From contig OZ024745.1 of NCBI GenBank assembly GCA_964016885.1, forward strand, positions 124,558,001 through 124,622,000: a DNA stretch of 64,000 bases. The letters run 5' to 3'. The position numbers and the translations under genes were made by a program. Below are positions 41,376-53,675 of the stretch, piece by piece (positions within the stretch are counted from its first letter, which is position 1; each line of letters opens with the position of its first letter). Under the pieces are notes generated by a model. That model ran no database searches. It was not told where the DNA came from and worked only from the letters and a program-made list of their open reading frames with translations. The stretch is from Eledone cirrhosa (taxonomy: Eukaryota).

Positions 41376-41576
41376 GGAAAAGGTATGACTCGACGGCAGA
41401 GCTCAAGCCGTTTCGACGGCTATTTCTGAACTGGAATAGTTCAGAAATAGCCGTCGAAACGGCTTGAGCTCTGCCGTCGGGGTCATACTTTTTCCTATTT
41501 CCCACTCTACTACCCTAAGTATTGAGTACTCTGGTGCGTTATGGTTCATCTGGTTTCTTACCACAATTCCTTCGTT
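41376..41576 (+). mobile_element. Family A fold-back element in (TA)n
   Basis: Same structure as 11437-11640, centre ctgaactggaatagttcag. Confidence 0.85.
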
Positions 41577-41591
41577 ATATATATATATATA

Positions 41592-42610
41592 TATTGTTAT
41601 GCTTTTGGAGGGTCATGTTGCCAATAAGAAACACACGAACCAGTTGCTTTCACTTCAATTTATTATCAATTTCCGGTTGGTTGGTTGGTTCCACAACCAG
41701 ACGGTTGTTCATATATTGTCAAAGTTCTTTCGTCACACATTATGTGACCTCTTCAGTGACTGGGGATTCTTTTCTTTGTTTTTGTGCCTCTCCTTTGTTC
41801 TGTCCTACGCCATCTTGTTTTTGTGTGTGTAGTGTGCTTAGTTTGCTCATGTGTTACATCCGGGTGTCTGTGTGTGTTTATATTTGTTTATTTATTTGTT
41901 TATTTACATGTTACTGGTTGGATGTTTGTTCTATGTGTGTGTGTGTTTTCATTTTGTCCTTAATTGTAAGTTGTGATGTTACTATTCCATTTATGTTTTC
42001 TATTTAATTTTGGTTGGAGTTCATTTATGTTTATTGCTTCTGTGATTTGTCTAAACATTGCGTCTTTTCTGTGTGAAGATTCTATTTTTATTTCTGTGCT
42101 CTAATTTACCCTTATGTTCTATTTTAGCATGTTGGTGGAGTACAGATGATTTTTTAGTATCTTGAAGCTCTCGCCAGTATTCATTTATCCGTTCTTCTAT
42201 ACTACGAGCTGTCTCACCTATGTACACTATATTCTTATCTCTCCATTGTCCTTCAGTACATCTTATGCTATATACTACATTTCTAGTTTTACAGTTAATA
42301 TGGGGGTTTATTTACAGATTATACATTTCTTATCTATAGAGGGAGCTCTTTGAAAAGGGTATGTATTGCTAATAAGTGTTTTTATGGAGGTACCTGGTCT
42401 TTATACAATCTGAATATTGAGTTTATGTTTATCTAGGGCCTTTTAAATGTGTAAGCTAATTCACCTCTAGGGGTTGTATTGATGAACATTACACTCTGGT
42501 ATTTATGGCTATCATAACATGAGTTTATTCTATTAACCGTATTCCTAGTTCTTTCTATTATATTCTAAAATTTGCTCCTATACAAGGGGCAGGTCCCATT
42601 TGTTCATTAT
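41592..42610 (-). mobile_element. Penelope-like element 3' end: RT thumb/linker, GIY-YIG endonuclease and terminal repeat, attached to (TA)n
   Basis: Minus-strand translation with stops gives CPLYRSK...YQSVMFINTTPRGELA...NCKTRNVVYSIRC...VYIGETARSIEERINE...LHQHA; the terminal repeat contains a hammerhead. Confidence 0.88.
41718..41760 (-). ncRNA. Minimal type I hammerhead in the PLE terminal repeat
   Basis: gtca-CTGAAGA-g-gtcaca-taatg-tgtgac-GAAA-gaac-TT-tgac; differs from 23517-23559 only in loop II. Confidence 0.8.
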
Positions 42611-42642
42611 TTACCATTTTTTCCCATTTGGTTCTGGCTCCT

Positions 42643-43170
42643 CTGTAAAACTAGAAATCTAGTATATAGCATAAGATGTACTAAAGGACAATGTAGAGAT
42701 AAGAATATAGTGTACATAGGTGAGACAGCTCGTAGGATAGGAGAACGGATAAATGAACACTGGCGAGAGCAGCTCTCTGGCTACAACCAAAGGGACAGAA
42801 TTAGAGTATACGAAGGAGCCACGGAGAAGTATAAGACCCTCATAGAACTGGACATGAAACGAATTTGCCCATTATACAGGAGCAAATCATGGAATAGCTT
42901 AGATAGGACTAGACATAAGATAGGGAAAGCCACCTCATGGTACGACATCCAGATATACCAGAGTGTCATGTTTGTGGACGCTACCCCTGGAGGGAAATTA
43001 GCTAACCAGTGTAGAAATGCCCTGAGAAAGACCCACTTAAAGATTAAGGTGGTAGAAAAGCCAGGAACCACCATAAAATCCCTGATCAGCAAAACATACC
43101 CTTTTAAGAAAACCCACTGTACTAATAGGAAATGTATTATATGTAAAGTAAACCCCCGAATATATAAAGC
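42643..43170 (+). pseudogene. Rearranged PLE ORF pieces: inverted GIY-YIG segment fused to a thumb/linker segment of a related PLE
   Basis: 42643-42775 is an inverted copy of ~42165-42295 (LVYSIRC...YIGETARR); then CPLYRSK...VMFVDATPGGKLA...CTNRKCIIC. Confidence 0.8.
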
Positions 43171-43775
43171 AGTACTAAGCGAAGCCAAATTTTAAATATT
43201 TGACTTATATTTTAGTTTATTTTATATATATATAGAAATCGATTATAGCCAACCATACACAATTAGGTACAAAATCAAAGTTAGAAGAAAAAATGTACAT
43301 AAACATACCAAAATTATGTTTCTACCCCATGAGATTTCATTCGCTTTTTGGAAATATCCGATCATGTATAAATTCACGAGTTTCGAAATCATCAGGAAAC
43401 AAACTCAATTGGACAAAGATTTTTCTTAAATGATCCCCGCCAGAAACGAATTCTAAATGGCTAAGAACTGTCGTGTGGCTAGTGGTCCAGACAGAAAGTT
43501 CGTGATTGGTGCCTGACGGCGAGTGAGCTGGTTGCTAGAAAGCGCAGCCGAATACTGCCTAAATTGTTTCTCAACCATACGGGAGTTTATAAAATATAGA
43601 TTTACATATACATAAACTAGACAGAGCCATAGGTATATATATATGTGATTTTGGCAACCATTCACGGTGTGGCTCAATGACAAACTAATTAATTATATAT
43701 ATTTATATATATATAATTATATATATTTATATATATATACATATACACTTTTATATAAATGCGTGTATATTTATA

Positions 43776-43860
<85 letters not shown>

Positions 43861-44423
43861 ATATACATATATATATATATATACACACACACATATATAT
43901 GTGTGTGTATATGTGTGTGTGCGTGTATAGATAATCACATACATGAAAACATATAATTCTTGCATACATACATTGATACACACAGTACTATAATTCTATA
44001 AAATTTCAACATTATACTGAATCATATTATATTATACATTCAGGTTGAAATTAATTTTCTCTGTCAATTAATTGGTATATGGACCTATTGATTATGTCTT
44101 GGAGAGTGAACAGTACATCACTTCCGTATTACAATTGTAAATATCGAAATGATAATTATAATGAAATTGATGATTAAAAGGGATAGGACGACTACAACTA
44201 CTAGACAGGCAATTATGTTGATTGGGATGACGATGTTGCCTATAATAACAATAATTGTTAAAGTAGAAGATATGGGTGATAATGAAGATAAACATGATTA
44301 TGATTATAATGATGAGAATGAAGATGGCGATGGGAGGATCTTGACTATGAGGAAAATATAAATACCGATGTATAATGAAACAATAATGAAAGAAAATAAA
44401 AAACAATAATAATAATAATAATA

Positions 44424-44569
44424 ATTGTTTCTACTTTAGGCACAAGGCCAGCAATTAACCAGTGCATTACTGGTACTTTATTTTATCGACCCCGTAAGGA
44501 TAAAAGGCAAAGTTCACCTCAGCTGGTTTTGAACTCAAACTGTAAAGGGACGTAACTATGCTAGAAAGC

Positions 44570-44570
<1 letters not shown>
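44424..44570 (-). mobile_element. tRNA-derived SINE, 5' part missing
   Basis: Family match; flanked by (TAA)n on both sides. Confidence 0.8.
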
Positions 44571-44601
<31 letters not shown>

Positions 44602-45523
44602 TACAAGTTGGGAAAGGGAGAGCTTACCATCAATCACCTCCTCTTCATGGACGATCTTAAGCTCTTCAGGAAGAGTGAGAAGGAGTTGGATGTGCTTGTC
44701 TACACTGTCCGTATTTTCAGCAATGATATATGTATGCAATTTGGTATTAGTAAGTGTGGAGTCCTTGTGTTGAAGAGGGTTAAATTGAGCAGAAGCAACG
44801 GAATCCAGGTACCAACAGGTGAGATGATAAAGGAAATTGAGACTGAAGGTGAATACTAATATTTAGATGTTCTGGAGGCAGATGACATCAAGAACAAAAA
44901 AAAAATGAAAAAATTGATAAGATCTGAGTACATAAAGAGAGTAAGGAACGTATTAAAATCACATCTAAATAGTAGGAATGTCATAAGTGCAGAAAATTCC
45001 CGAGCTGTGTCTATTATTAGGTACAGTGCGGTAATTCTGAAATGGAATGTTGCTGAACAAAAGGAAATGGATAGGTTGACTAGGAAGCTATTGACTATCT
45101 ACAACATGTTCCACAAGAGGAGTGATATCGATAGACTCTACTTAAAGAGATCTGAAGGTGCAAGAGGTCTTATCAGCATAGAGGACTGTGTTCAGATGGA
45201 GAAAAACAACCTGCACAAATATGTGACTGATAGTAGGGAGCCAATGCTCAGAATTGTACTGAAGGAGAGGACAATAGACCAGGGGAGGTCCAAGGAGGAA
45301 ATAACATCAAGGAGGAAGAGCAACCTTATGAAAAATCCCTTCATAGCACCTTCTTTAAGAAAACGGAATTTAGAGATCCACAGACATGGAACTGGTTAAA
45401 AAGAGGAGATCTTAAAAAAGCTACAGAAGGAATTCTAATGGCTGCGCACGAGCAAGCCCTCAGAACGAAGTGGGTGAAACACCATATTTACAAGGAAGAG
45501 GCTAGGTCACTGTGTAGGATCTG

Positions 45524-45602
<79 letters not shown>

Positions 45603-46237
45603 TTGTAGTTCACATTGTATCAGAGTGTAAACACCTATCCCAGACTCACTATAAAGGCTGGAGACATGATGTGATAGGCAGTGTGATCTACTGGCATCTA
45701 TGCAAAGTAAACAATTTACTACATTCATAGAAGTGGTATGGGCATAAGCCAGAATCGGTGATAGAAAACGATCATGTGAAGGTGCTATGGGATTTTAGGA
45801 TACAGAAGGACAAGAAAGTAGAACACAATAGGTCTGACCTAGTGGTTTTGTACAAGAAAAAAGAGCGTGCCTGATTGTAGATGTAGCCTGCCCATTTGAC
45901 ACGAGAGTGCAAGAAAAGGAGAAGGAGAAAATTAACTGATACCAGGATTTGAAGTGGGAGTAAAAATGTATTTGGAACTGCCATGAAATCAAGGTCGTCC
46001 CGATTTTCATAGGCGCACTAGGTACTATCGCAAAGAGTTTCGTAGGATGGTTAAAGAAGATTAGTCCAGCTCCGCTTTTTGGAACACTTCAAAGGGCATG
46101 CTTGCTGGAAACAGCAAGAACCCTCCGATATGTCCTGAATATCTGAGGCTGCAGGTAGTGGCTGGATATTCTTTTCAACAAACTTTCCAGTTAAATAACA
46201 TCAATGACTGAGACTCAAAGAACTATAATAATAATAA
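44602..46237 (+). mobile_element. 5'-truncated R4/Dong-clade non-LTR retrotransposon in (TAA)n
   Basis: INHLLFMDDLKLF RT motif, DIDRLYLKRSEGARGL, AAHEQALRT, CRICG zinc finger and REL nuclease (LWDFRIQKD..HNRSDLVV..IVDVACPFD..EKEK, VVPIFIGALG); TAA repeats at both ends. Confidence 0.92.
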
Positions 46238-46419
46238 GCTAAACTATGATAAAGTAAGGAGCGCGAGACTGCGTACGGTTTATAATTTGTTATCCCATTA
46301 GTAAAATAAGTTGGATTATTTTGAATAAATAATGAATGAATATTACGTAATTTATCCACTAAATTTAGTGGCTTTGATTAAATATATTTTGTTTATTTAA
46401 AGATTCACTTCTTTAACAT

Positions 46420-47610
46420 TTCTGAAATTTCAACACTTCCGGTAACCAGTCTGAAGACCTAGATTAAGACTAATTACTTTGAGATCCCCACATATTTTCC
46501 ACTGGTACTTTCGGTACTCAATAGAGGAAAGCAACATTTTCATTGTTTCATAATTTTCAGCCATATTTGTTGCATGAGCAATTGGTGGAGAGGGAAGCTG
46601 ATTTCCAGTATGTGGGCAGACGGCTTTTAGAGTATTTTTGCCCGAATCAATGAATAGCCTTCAATCATCTGATTTGTATGAATCAGATTTGCAGAGTTGT
46701 TGCACGAGAGACTCTGCTTCATGACAATAGCAAAGGTTATTTACCATTTTGAAAAATGCAGGAAGTTGTTCATACCGATGACGAGCACTTATGATGTGGA
46801 CGTCGGATTCCAAGCAGGTTATGTTACTTTACTCTTGATCCCAGTACATCTGCCTTTTCTTTAAACAAATCTAGGTCCCTAATAACATCATGAAGAGCTC
46901 CTTGGTTAAATGGTATAGATTCAGTTGACTCTGGGTCGTCTTGATAGTCATCATCAATAGAGCTGCTACTGGAATCAGAATCCGTGCTTAGCTCGTGTTC
47001 AGCAGGTTGAACTGGAACCGTTAATTCTTCACTGTGTATTACTGGTCGGATTGCTGAAGGGATATTGGGGTATTGTATTGTAGTTCGTGTATTGATAGGT
47101 ATTCTTTTGATGCATATAAGGCAGAAGTAGCAGTCATTATTATGCTTTCTGGGGCGGGGGATTGGCAGTATCGGTAGAGAGTCAGACGCCATGCTCCCCA
47201 GCATAGTTACGTCCCTTTACGGACTGAGTTCAAATCCTGTCGTTAACTTTGCCTTTCATCCTTTCGGGGTTGATAAAATAAAGTACCAGTAATGTACTGG
47301 GTAATTGGTGGCCTTGTGCCAAAAGTAGAAACAATTATTATGCTTTCTGGGTTCTCGTCACACCATTGGTATGGCAAAAGACAAACCTGAGCTTCGCTCT
47401 CCAATCATCCATTAACTTAGGTGATTGCAACAAGATCTACACACTATATGAGGCGCTCATTTCTTGTCTTGGCCTCCTAATGGGATTTTAATGTAGGCTT
47501 TGTAGTTTAATCGAACTGCTTTGGTGATAGGTTTCTTAATGCTTTCTGGAGTGAAGAGTACACAAATATAACAAAATCGGTTGGGATCATTTACACATTT
47601 GCGGCTTCCA
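46420..47610 (-). pseudogene. DNA transposase remnant, tentatively Tc1/mariner m44-type, split by a SINE
   Basis: CVNDPNRFCYIC, AIPMV.REPRKHNNDCYFC, YPNIPSAIRPVIH, FNQGALHDVIRDLDL.KEKADVLGSR, RLFIDSGKNTLKA, ICGISK motifs. The family name is recalled from memory, not from a search. Confidence 0.7.
47152..47333 (+). mobile_element. tRNA-derived SINE with 18-bp TSD
   Basis: attattatgctttctggg occurs at 47136-47153 and 47334-47351. Confidence 0.92.
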
Positions 47611-47800
47611 TCTTTTCGAATAGAGTCAGTGATTGTGAATTATTACCATAACAGCGTTGGCTAGTTGTAACTGAGTGATCTGAAACAAAAGAAAATAAAA
47701 AATAGGTTAATAATAAGCAAAGGAGTAGCATTCGAGATTTTCGTGATTAAAAAGGTAAAATGTTCACCTATTTATTCATTCTAATGCTTAAAAATGTAAT

Positions 47801-48562
47801 CTATATATATGAAACTGATGTTGTATGTGTGTGTGTGTGTCCTCATTTTTGCAAAGTCTATACAAATCCACATTTCTACTCCGATTGACTTCAAACTTGC
47901 ATTTGTATATTCCTTGCGGTCTAAAGATATTAACTGCAGCTTTAATTTTTCAATTTTCTGTTGTTAAAGGGGTGTTAGGCGCCGGTTATCCATCTCCGTC
48001 GCATTCTTATAATATCTGTATGTATGCCTGGCTGTCTGCATTACGACATTCTGACGAATATTGATGACGTATTATGTTCGCTATTTTCCCTTCATTGCCA
48101 GGGAAGTCTTCACGAACCAAAGTATCGTGTTCCTGTTTTCCTTCGGTTGCAACGTTTTTCGAAATATTTACTTCTGCGTTCACAGATTGATGTTTTTAGT
48201 TTCAGAAGAACCCGTTAAGGGTGAAAGCAACGATTCTTTGCTTAAACTTTAATCTGTTATTTTAATCTATATATATATATATATGTATATAAAACTGAGG
48301 AACTATGTATGTATGTATGTATGTATGTATGTATGTATGTATGTATGTATGTATGTATGTATACATACATACTTACATACATTAGGTGAAAATCTGCCCT
48401 TTTCCTGTTTCATCGAGGAAAATCTTAGATTATCCAGCCATCAGAGTATTGGTTTATTTTCTTTACATATTGTCTAGGCATGCAGTTTTTCCACGATTAG
48501 ATCTGTTGGCGGCCCGCGTTCCAAAATACCTTATCCCGTGCAACGCCGGGTACCACTGTTAG
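47801..48562 (+). mobile_element. Non-autonomous Helitron(s) with nested family E piece (48040-48264)
   Basis: TCTATATATATGAAACTG start at 47801 (a second similar start at ~48267); 3' hairpin cccgtgcaacgccggg followed by (t)tagt. Confidence 0.6.
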
Positions 48563-48619
48563 TGTTTACATAAATCAAAAGTTTCGTAAAAGAGTGAACT
48601 CGGACCTATTTTTGCTATT

Positions 48620-49075
48620 GCCCCCGTTGAACAAAGATTTAAAACAATGGGAGAGTCCAGACTTGTGGAATTATTGTAACCAAAGCTTTTTTCACGCTCA
48701 CGAAAGAAAATTTCCCATAGAAGCGTTTTCGAAATCAGTTTATGCTTCAGATTTTGCAAAGGAAGCGTCATTATCCAGGAAGTCGCGGACATAATACGAG
48801 AACATGAACTAAATCAATCTCTGGCAGAAGTTACAAGATTATTATTCATTATTGTAACCATATCTGCCACATCTGCTTCATGTGAGAGATCGTTTTCTTC
48901 ATTAAAGCGAGTACATAATTATATGAGGTGTTCTCAAAGCGAGTAATTTGGTCTTCATTTCGATCAATAAAGACCTTTTGAAGAAGATGAAGGTAGAGCG
49001 TGGGGTTAATACATGTTGCAGCAAAGGTGATCGATGAATTTGCCAAAAACGAAACGAAGAATTGAATTGATTTCC
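48620..49075 (+). pseudogene. hAT transposase C-terminal dimerisation domain remnant
   Basis: LAEVTRLLFIIVTISATSASCERSFSSLKRVHNYMR at ~48820-48930. Confidence 0.85.
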
Positions 49076-49265
49076 AAATGAATTTTAAATATTTCACTAT
49101 TTGAAGGTTTTATTTTTTACTCATATTTCTCACGTAATCTATATCATGACAGGCTTGTCGTTAGGCTGTTACTAATGAGAAGACATCATGTTTAGTGAAG
49201 AGGGCATCAAGCCTCAAGTGTAGTCTGTTGGTATATGCGAATTTTCTCACATTAAAATTATCTCG

Positions 49266-49445
49266 TATCGGTAGAGGGTTGGACGCCATTCTTTGCAGCA
49301 TAGAGTTACGGCCTTTTATTATCTGAGTTCAAATCCCACCGAGGTTAACTTTGCTTTTCATCCTTACGGGGTCGATAAAATAAAGCACCAATCGACTTTC
49401 CCCTCCCCCAAATTACTGGCCTTGTGCCTATACTAGAAATCATTA
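49266..49445 (+). mobile_element. tRNA-derived SINE (variant tail) with imperfect TSD
   Basis: Family match; aattatctc(g/a)tatcg lies on both sides. Confidence 0.8.
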
Positions 49446-50544
49446 CAATTATCTCATATCGCATTTACAAATGGAGGAGAGGTCGATGAATAATTGTGCA
49501 AAATGTATGTGTGGTGGGGATGATGCTCCACAGGTCTACTCTCCGTCATGGCGATTGGCCTGCATGCCCTGTTTCCAAGTTACCCTTCGCCACTGCTGTA
49601 CACATTCGTGTGTGTTTTGTTTATCTGTTATTTCGGTTATACTTATAAGACACTTGAAAATTAAATAGATATTTATTACTTACTACGTCAGTTCTCTAGT
49701 GGGGGATAAAACATGTCCTCAGGATCTTGTGTTTCTGTTTCTATATTTATCTTACCTGTTCTGCTTTCTGGTTGGGCATAAAACGTGTTTCTATATTTAA
49801 CTTGCTGTATGAATTTCTCATATTATATTAATTTTAAATGTATGAAATATTCATGTTTTTAAAAGAAGCGTTACCAATTTCATTTGAGCACTAAAGCAAT
49901 TGAATTTCAACAAATAATGCCCAATTTAACAGATATGTTATCTGGCAAAAACAACATAGATTTAATACAAATATTTATATTATTAAATATATTGAATATT
50001 CAAACAGTGAATATACGTTCATGTTTTAAACAATTTGAAATGAACATAGTTAATTATATTTTATATAAAATGCACAAATACATAAAACTGTATAGATGGG
50101 AAAAAATCTAAATGCATCTTATTGAAGCAAACAATCTTCTCGAGTGCTCGTATGCTTCAACTCTTTTTTTATTTGCATATTTTGTTTTGCTTAAAGGCTA
50201 ATTTCTACGTAGCAATGGAATTGGCAACGTTCTTTTTATCAAAATAACAATATAAACATATATTACTCAAATATATCATGACTCTATGTAAACAACAATT
50301 ATTATAGTTATCTGTATTGTGGGGATTATGATTAGAACTGTTTCAATACTTTGTTAGTTAACCAAATGTTGCTTACAGTTCTAGCTTCATGTTTAAATCT
50401 TTTAGGTATACTTCTAAAATCACAGTCCAGGTAATCTATTGCACAATATTTAAATATGTTTTCTTGGAATAGGAGATCGATTCCTTGCAGGTGACTTTGT
50501 ACATTTTCCCCTCACAGGGTCACTGTGCCCAATTATTCAACCAT

Positions 50545-50896
50545 TATTTGTAGTTGTCAAACGTAAAACCAATGAATACGTGCGGAATAAGTTTAATAGT
50601 GTTGTGGGTCACCATGAACCTCTCCTCGGCACTGTCAAGCGGAGGAAACTGGCGTGGTTTGGCCACGTCACAAAACATGACAGCCTGTGTGAGACCATCA
50701 TGCAAGACACTGTTGAAGGTGGACACAGGAGGGGATGCCAACGCAAAAACTGGTTGGACAATGTCAAAGAATGGACACAAATGACGACACCAGATTTGTT
50801 GACGGCCGCCGTTGATAGACTATGTTGTGTGTGTGTGTGCTGCCACCACAGTAGGAGCCACCTGACAACTATAGAAGTCAAGGAACTGATGATGAT
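50545..50896 (+). mobile_element. RTE-clade LINE 3' fragment
   Basis: EPLLGTVKRRKLAWFGHVTKHDSLCETIMQDTVEGGHRRGCQRKNWLDNVKEWT; (TGA)n tail. Confidence 0.88.
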
Positions 50897-52560
50897 AAAG
50901 ATGACTATAGTTATCTGGATTGAAACGAATATCATTTCATATGACTACATATGTGTAATCTCTGAAACGATTGTGCACAAGATGCATTTAGGAGAAAAAG
51001 AAAAGAAGAAAAAAACACACGGAATGTTGTGAACCTCGAGTGCTAAGTTTTCAATAACTCTTTCTTTTATATTAAGCTGCTTCCTTAAATTTCAGTTTTT
51101 AGATCCACAAATATTGGTCCCCTCAGAGCATGTATTATAAACAAATAGGAAGTTAAGGGTGGAGTTATTCATCTAAATTAAATGTGGGAAAAATGAATTT
51201 TATACTGCAAAGTTTGACTTGTAATTTTATCAATATTTCCAGGATGTTATATTTTCATCATAAGTTATATTTTCATAATCTATGTAGTTGGTGTTCTGTG
51301 TCAGTAAAATTATCTACGTTTTATATCCTTAGATACACTCACATCATCAAATACTATTCAGGATGACCTTCACATCAAATTTATTTACTATTATAAACCT
51401 CAGATTTCAATTCTCACTAAGCTATGCCAGAGTTTCATCTTTCGTCCCAAGTCTGGTTACTAAAGTTATTTTAAAGCGTTCTGGACAGAGTACCTGCTCT
51501 CTTTGATTTTAAAGTTTAATGTAGAATCAATCAGAGTATTTTATTAGAATAACAGGTTGGATTTAAAAGCTCACATAACCAAGACCGACATATCAGTTCT
51601 TTGAATTGGTTTTAGAAATAAATGGATATATGTGATAGGAGAGTATAACATAAGTTCGAACCAACTATTTTATTTTTGATGCCATATATTCCTTCTTAAC
51701 TGTACACTTTAGTAGACTGACAAGGAATGAAGTTTTAGTAACGCTTTCGCTTAGTTGCAAACCAGCCTTGATCCAACAAACGTGAATAATTGCATCACAT
51801 CCAAGATAATCACATCCTTTTAAGTGGCAACATCTACACTGTTCAATGAGTCCTTTCTTTAAGAAGGTTGTAACTTGAGTGAGTTTGATTGCTGTTTATC
51901 GCAAGTCAGCCGATTACGTAGAGGTCTATTTTACTAGAATTGATAAATACACTAGTATCTATAAATGCAAATCACAAGGATAACGAGAAAAGGAATTAAA
52001 TGTACTCTTTAAATGGCTCATTTGATGTCAGAAATAGTTACTATTACGCGGGTGAAAAGATTTTGGCGCAAAAAGTGTAGAGAAAATTTACAAAACGTAT
52101 TCGAAGTGCTTTTTGCTTGCTTGTAGAGCCTATATTTCTTATACGGTCCTCGCTCTACTTTCCTTATTGTATGGAGCATTAAGTTGAATAATGATCTTAC
52201 TAATTTAAATCAGTAACATATTCTGCCTCTCGGTCTGTTTGTTTGTCTGTGTTCCTCTCTCTCTCTCTCTCTCTACCTACCAACATACATACATACCTAG
52301 CTACCTGTCTGCCTCTCTGTCTGTCTATTTGTTCGTCTCTGTCAACACCTCCCTCCCCCCCCCCCGTAAGTTCTCTGACAACTGATACTTTTTATCCGGA
52401 ACAACATGACTCTCATAGTCTTACCAATTCTTTGTATACAATAAAACATGCTTTAATTTAAACAAACTAGAATCTGCTCTAATAGATATCACTGAACGCT
52501 GGTTTGTGTCTTATACAACATGAAAATTCAAATTCGTTGATCATTATTGATTTTAAAATA

Positions 52561-52948
52561 ATTGTTTCTCCTTTTGGCACAAGGTCAGCAATCATCCCAG
52601 TACATTACTGGTACTTTATTTTATCGGCCCCGTAAGGATGAAAGGCAAAGTTAACCTCGGTGGGATTTGAACTCTCAGAGCAGAGAGCTGGGACGAATAC
52701 CATAAAGGAATCTATCCGACGTTCTAATGACTCTGCCAATTCGCCGCCATTGATTTTAAAATAATTGTTTCTACTTTTGGCACAAGGCCAGCAATTACCC
52801 AGCGCATTACTGGTACTTTGTTTTATCGACCCCCTAAGGATGAAAGGCAAAGTTAACCTCGGCGGGATTTGAACTCAGAATGGCAAGGGCCGTAACTCTA
52901 TGCGTCAAAGCATGGCGTCCGACCCACTACCGATACTGCCAATCCACC
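52561..52948 (-). mobile_element. Two head-to-tail SINEs (52561-52748, 52764-52948)
   Basis: Family match; attgattttaaaataat is duplicated around the first copy. Confidence 0.88.
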
Positions 52949-53488
52949 AATGTTATTCATTCTGTTGATTTTATGTTTAATTGATTTTACCATTTTGAAA
53001 TATTCAATAAATATATTAAGACCTACATTATCACTTATATACTAGACATTTATCCAACATTCATTTCTATTCGTCCTTTAATTTTGATACTTGTTGTTAT
53101 CTATGGTTTTGCATACTATGAGTTTCTTTGTTTATTAAATAATTACACAGAATAGATATTGTTCTAAATGTTTTCATTTTTAATGGATGTCATGCGAGTT
53201 ACCTATAATGTGAGCTATTAGTATGATTTCAGTAATTCATTGATCCCATGTTGCATATATTGTTTTCTTTGGCGTTTTACATTATTTTACATTATCCCCA
53301 GCTTCTATTTCTTTTCAGGAGATTATATACGATACATTAGTTGTTGTGTATGCTATATTTTTTATATTATCAATATACGTACTTAACTTTCTTACAATAC
53401 AGTATGACAAAATTTCTGATTTTACATTGTTAAGAGGATAGCGACGAGGTTTCGAATTTTGGTTGATTTCTTTTATTTCTGGTCACAT

Positions 53489-53675
53489 GGGCGGTGGATT
53501 GGCAGCATCGGTAGAGGGTCGGAGGCCAGGAATTGCAGCATGGAGTTACGGCCCTTTCCGGTGTGAGTTCAAATCGCACTGCGGATAACTTTGCCTTTCG
53601 TCTTTTCGGGGTCGATAAAACAAAGCACCAGTATTGAACTGGGGTAATTGGTGGCCTTGTGCCAAAAGTAGTAAT
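53489..53675 (+). mobile_element. tRNA-derived SINE
   Basis: Family match; imperfect TSD ttatttctgg(tc)acatg. Confidence 0.8.
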
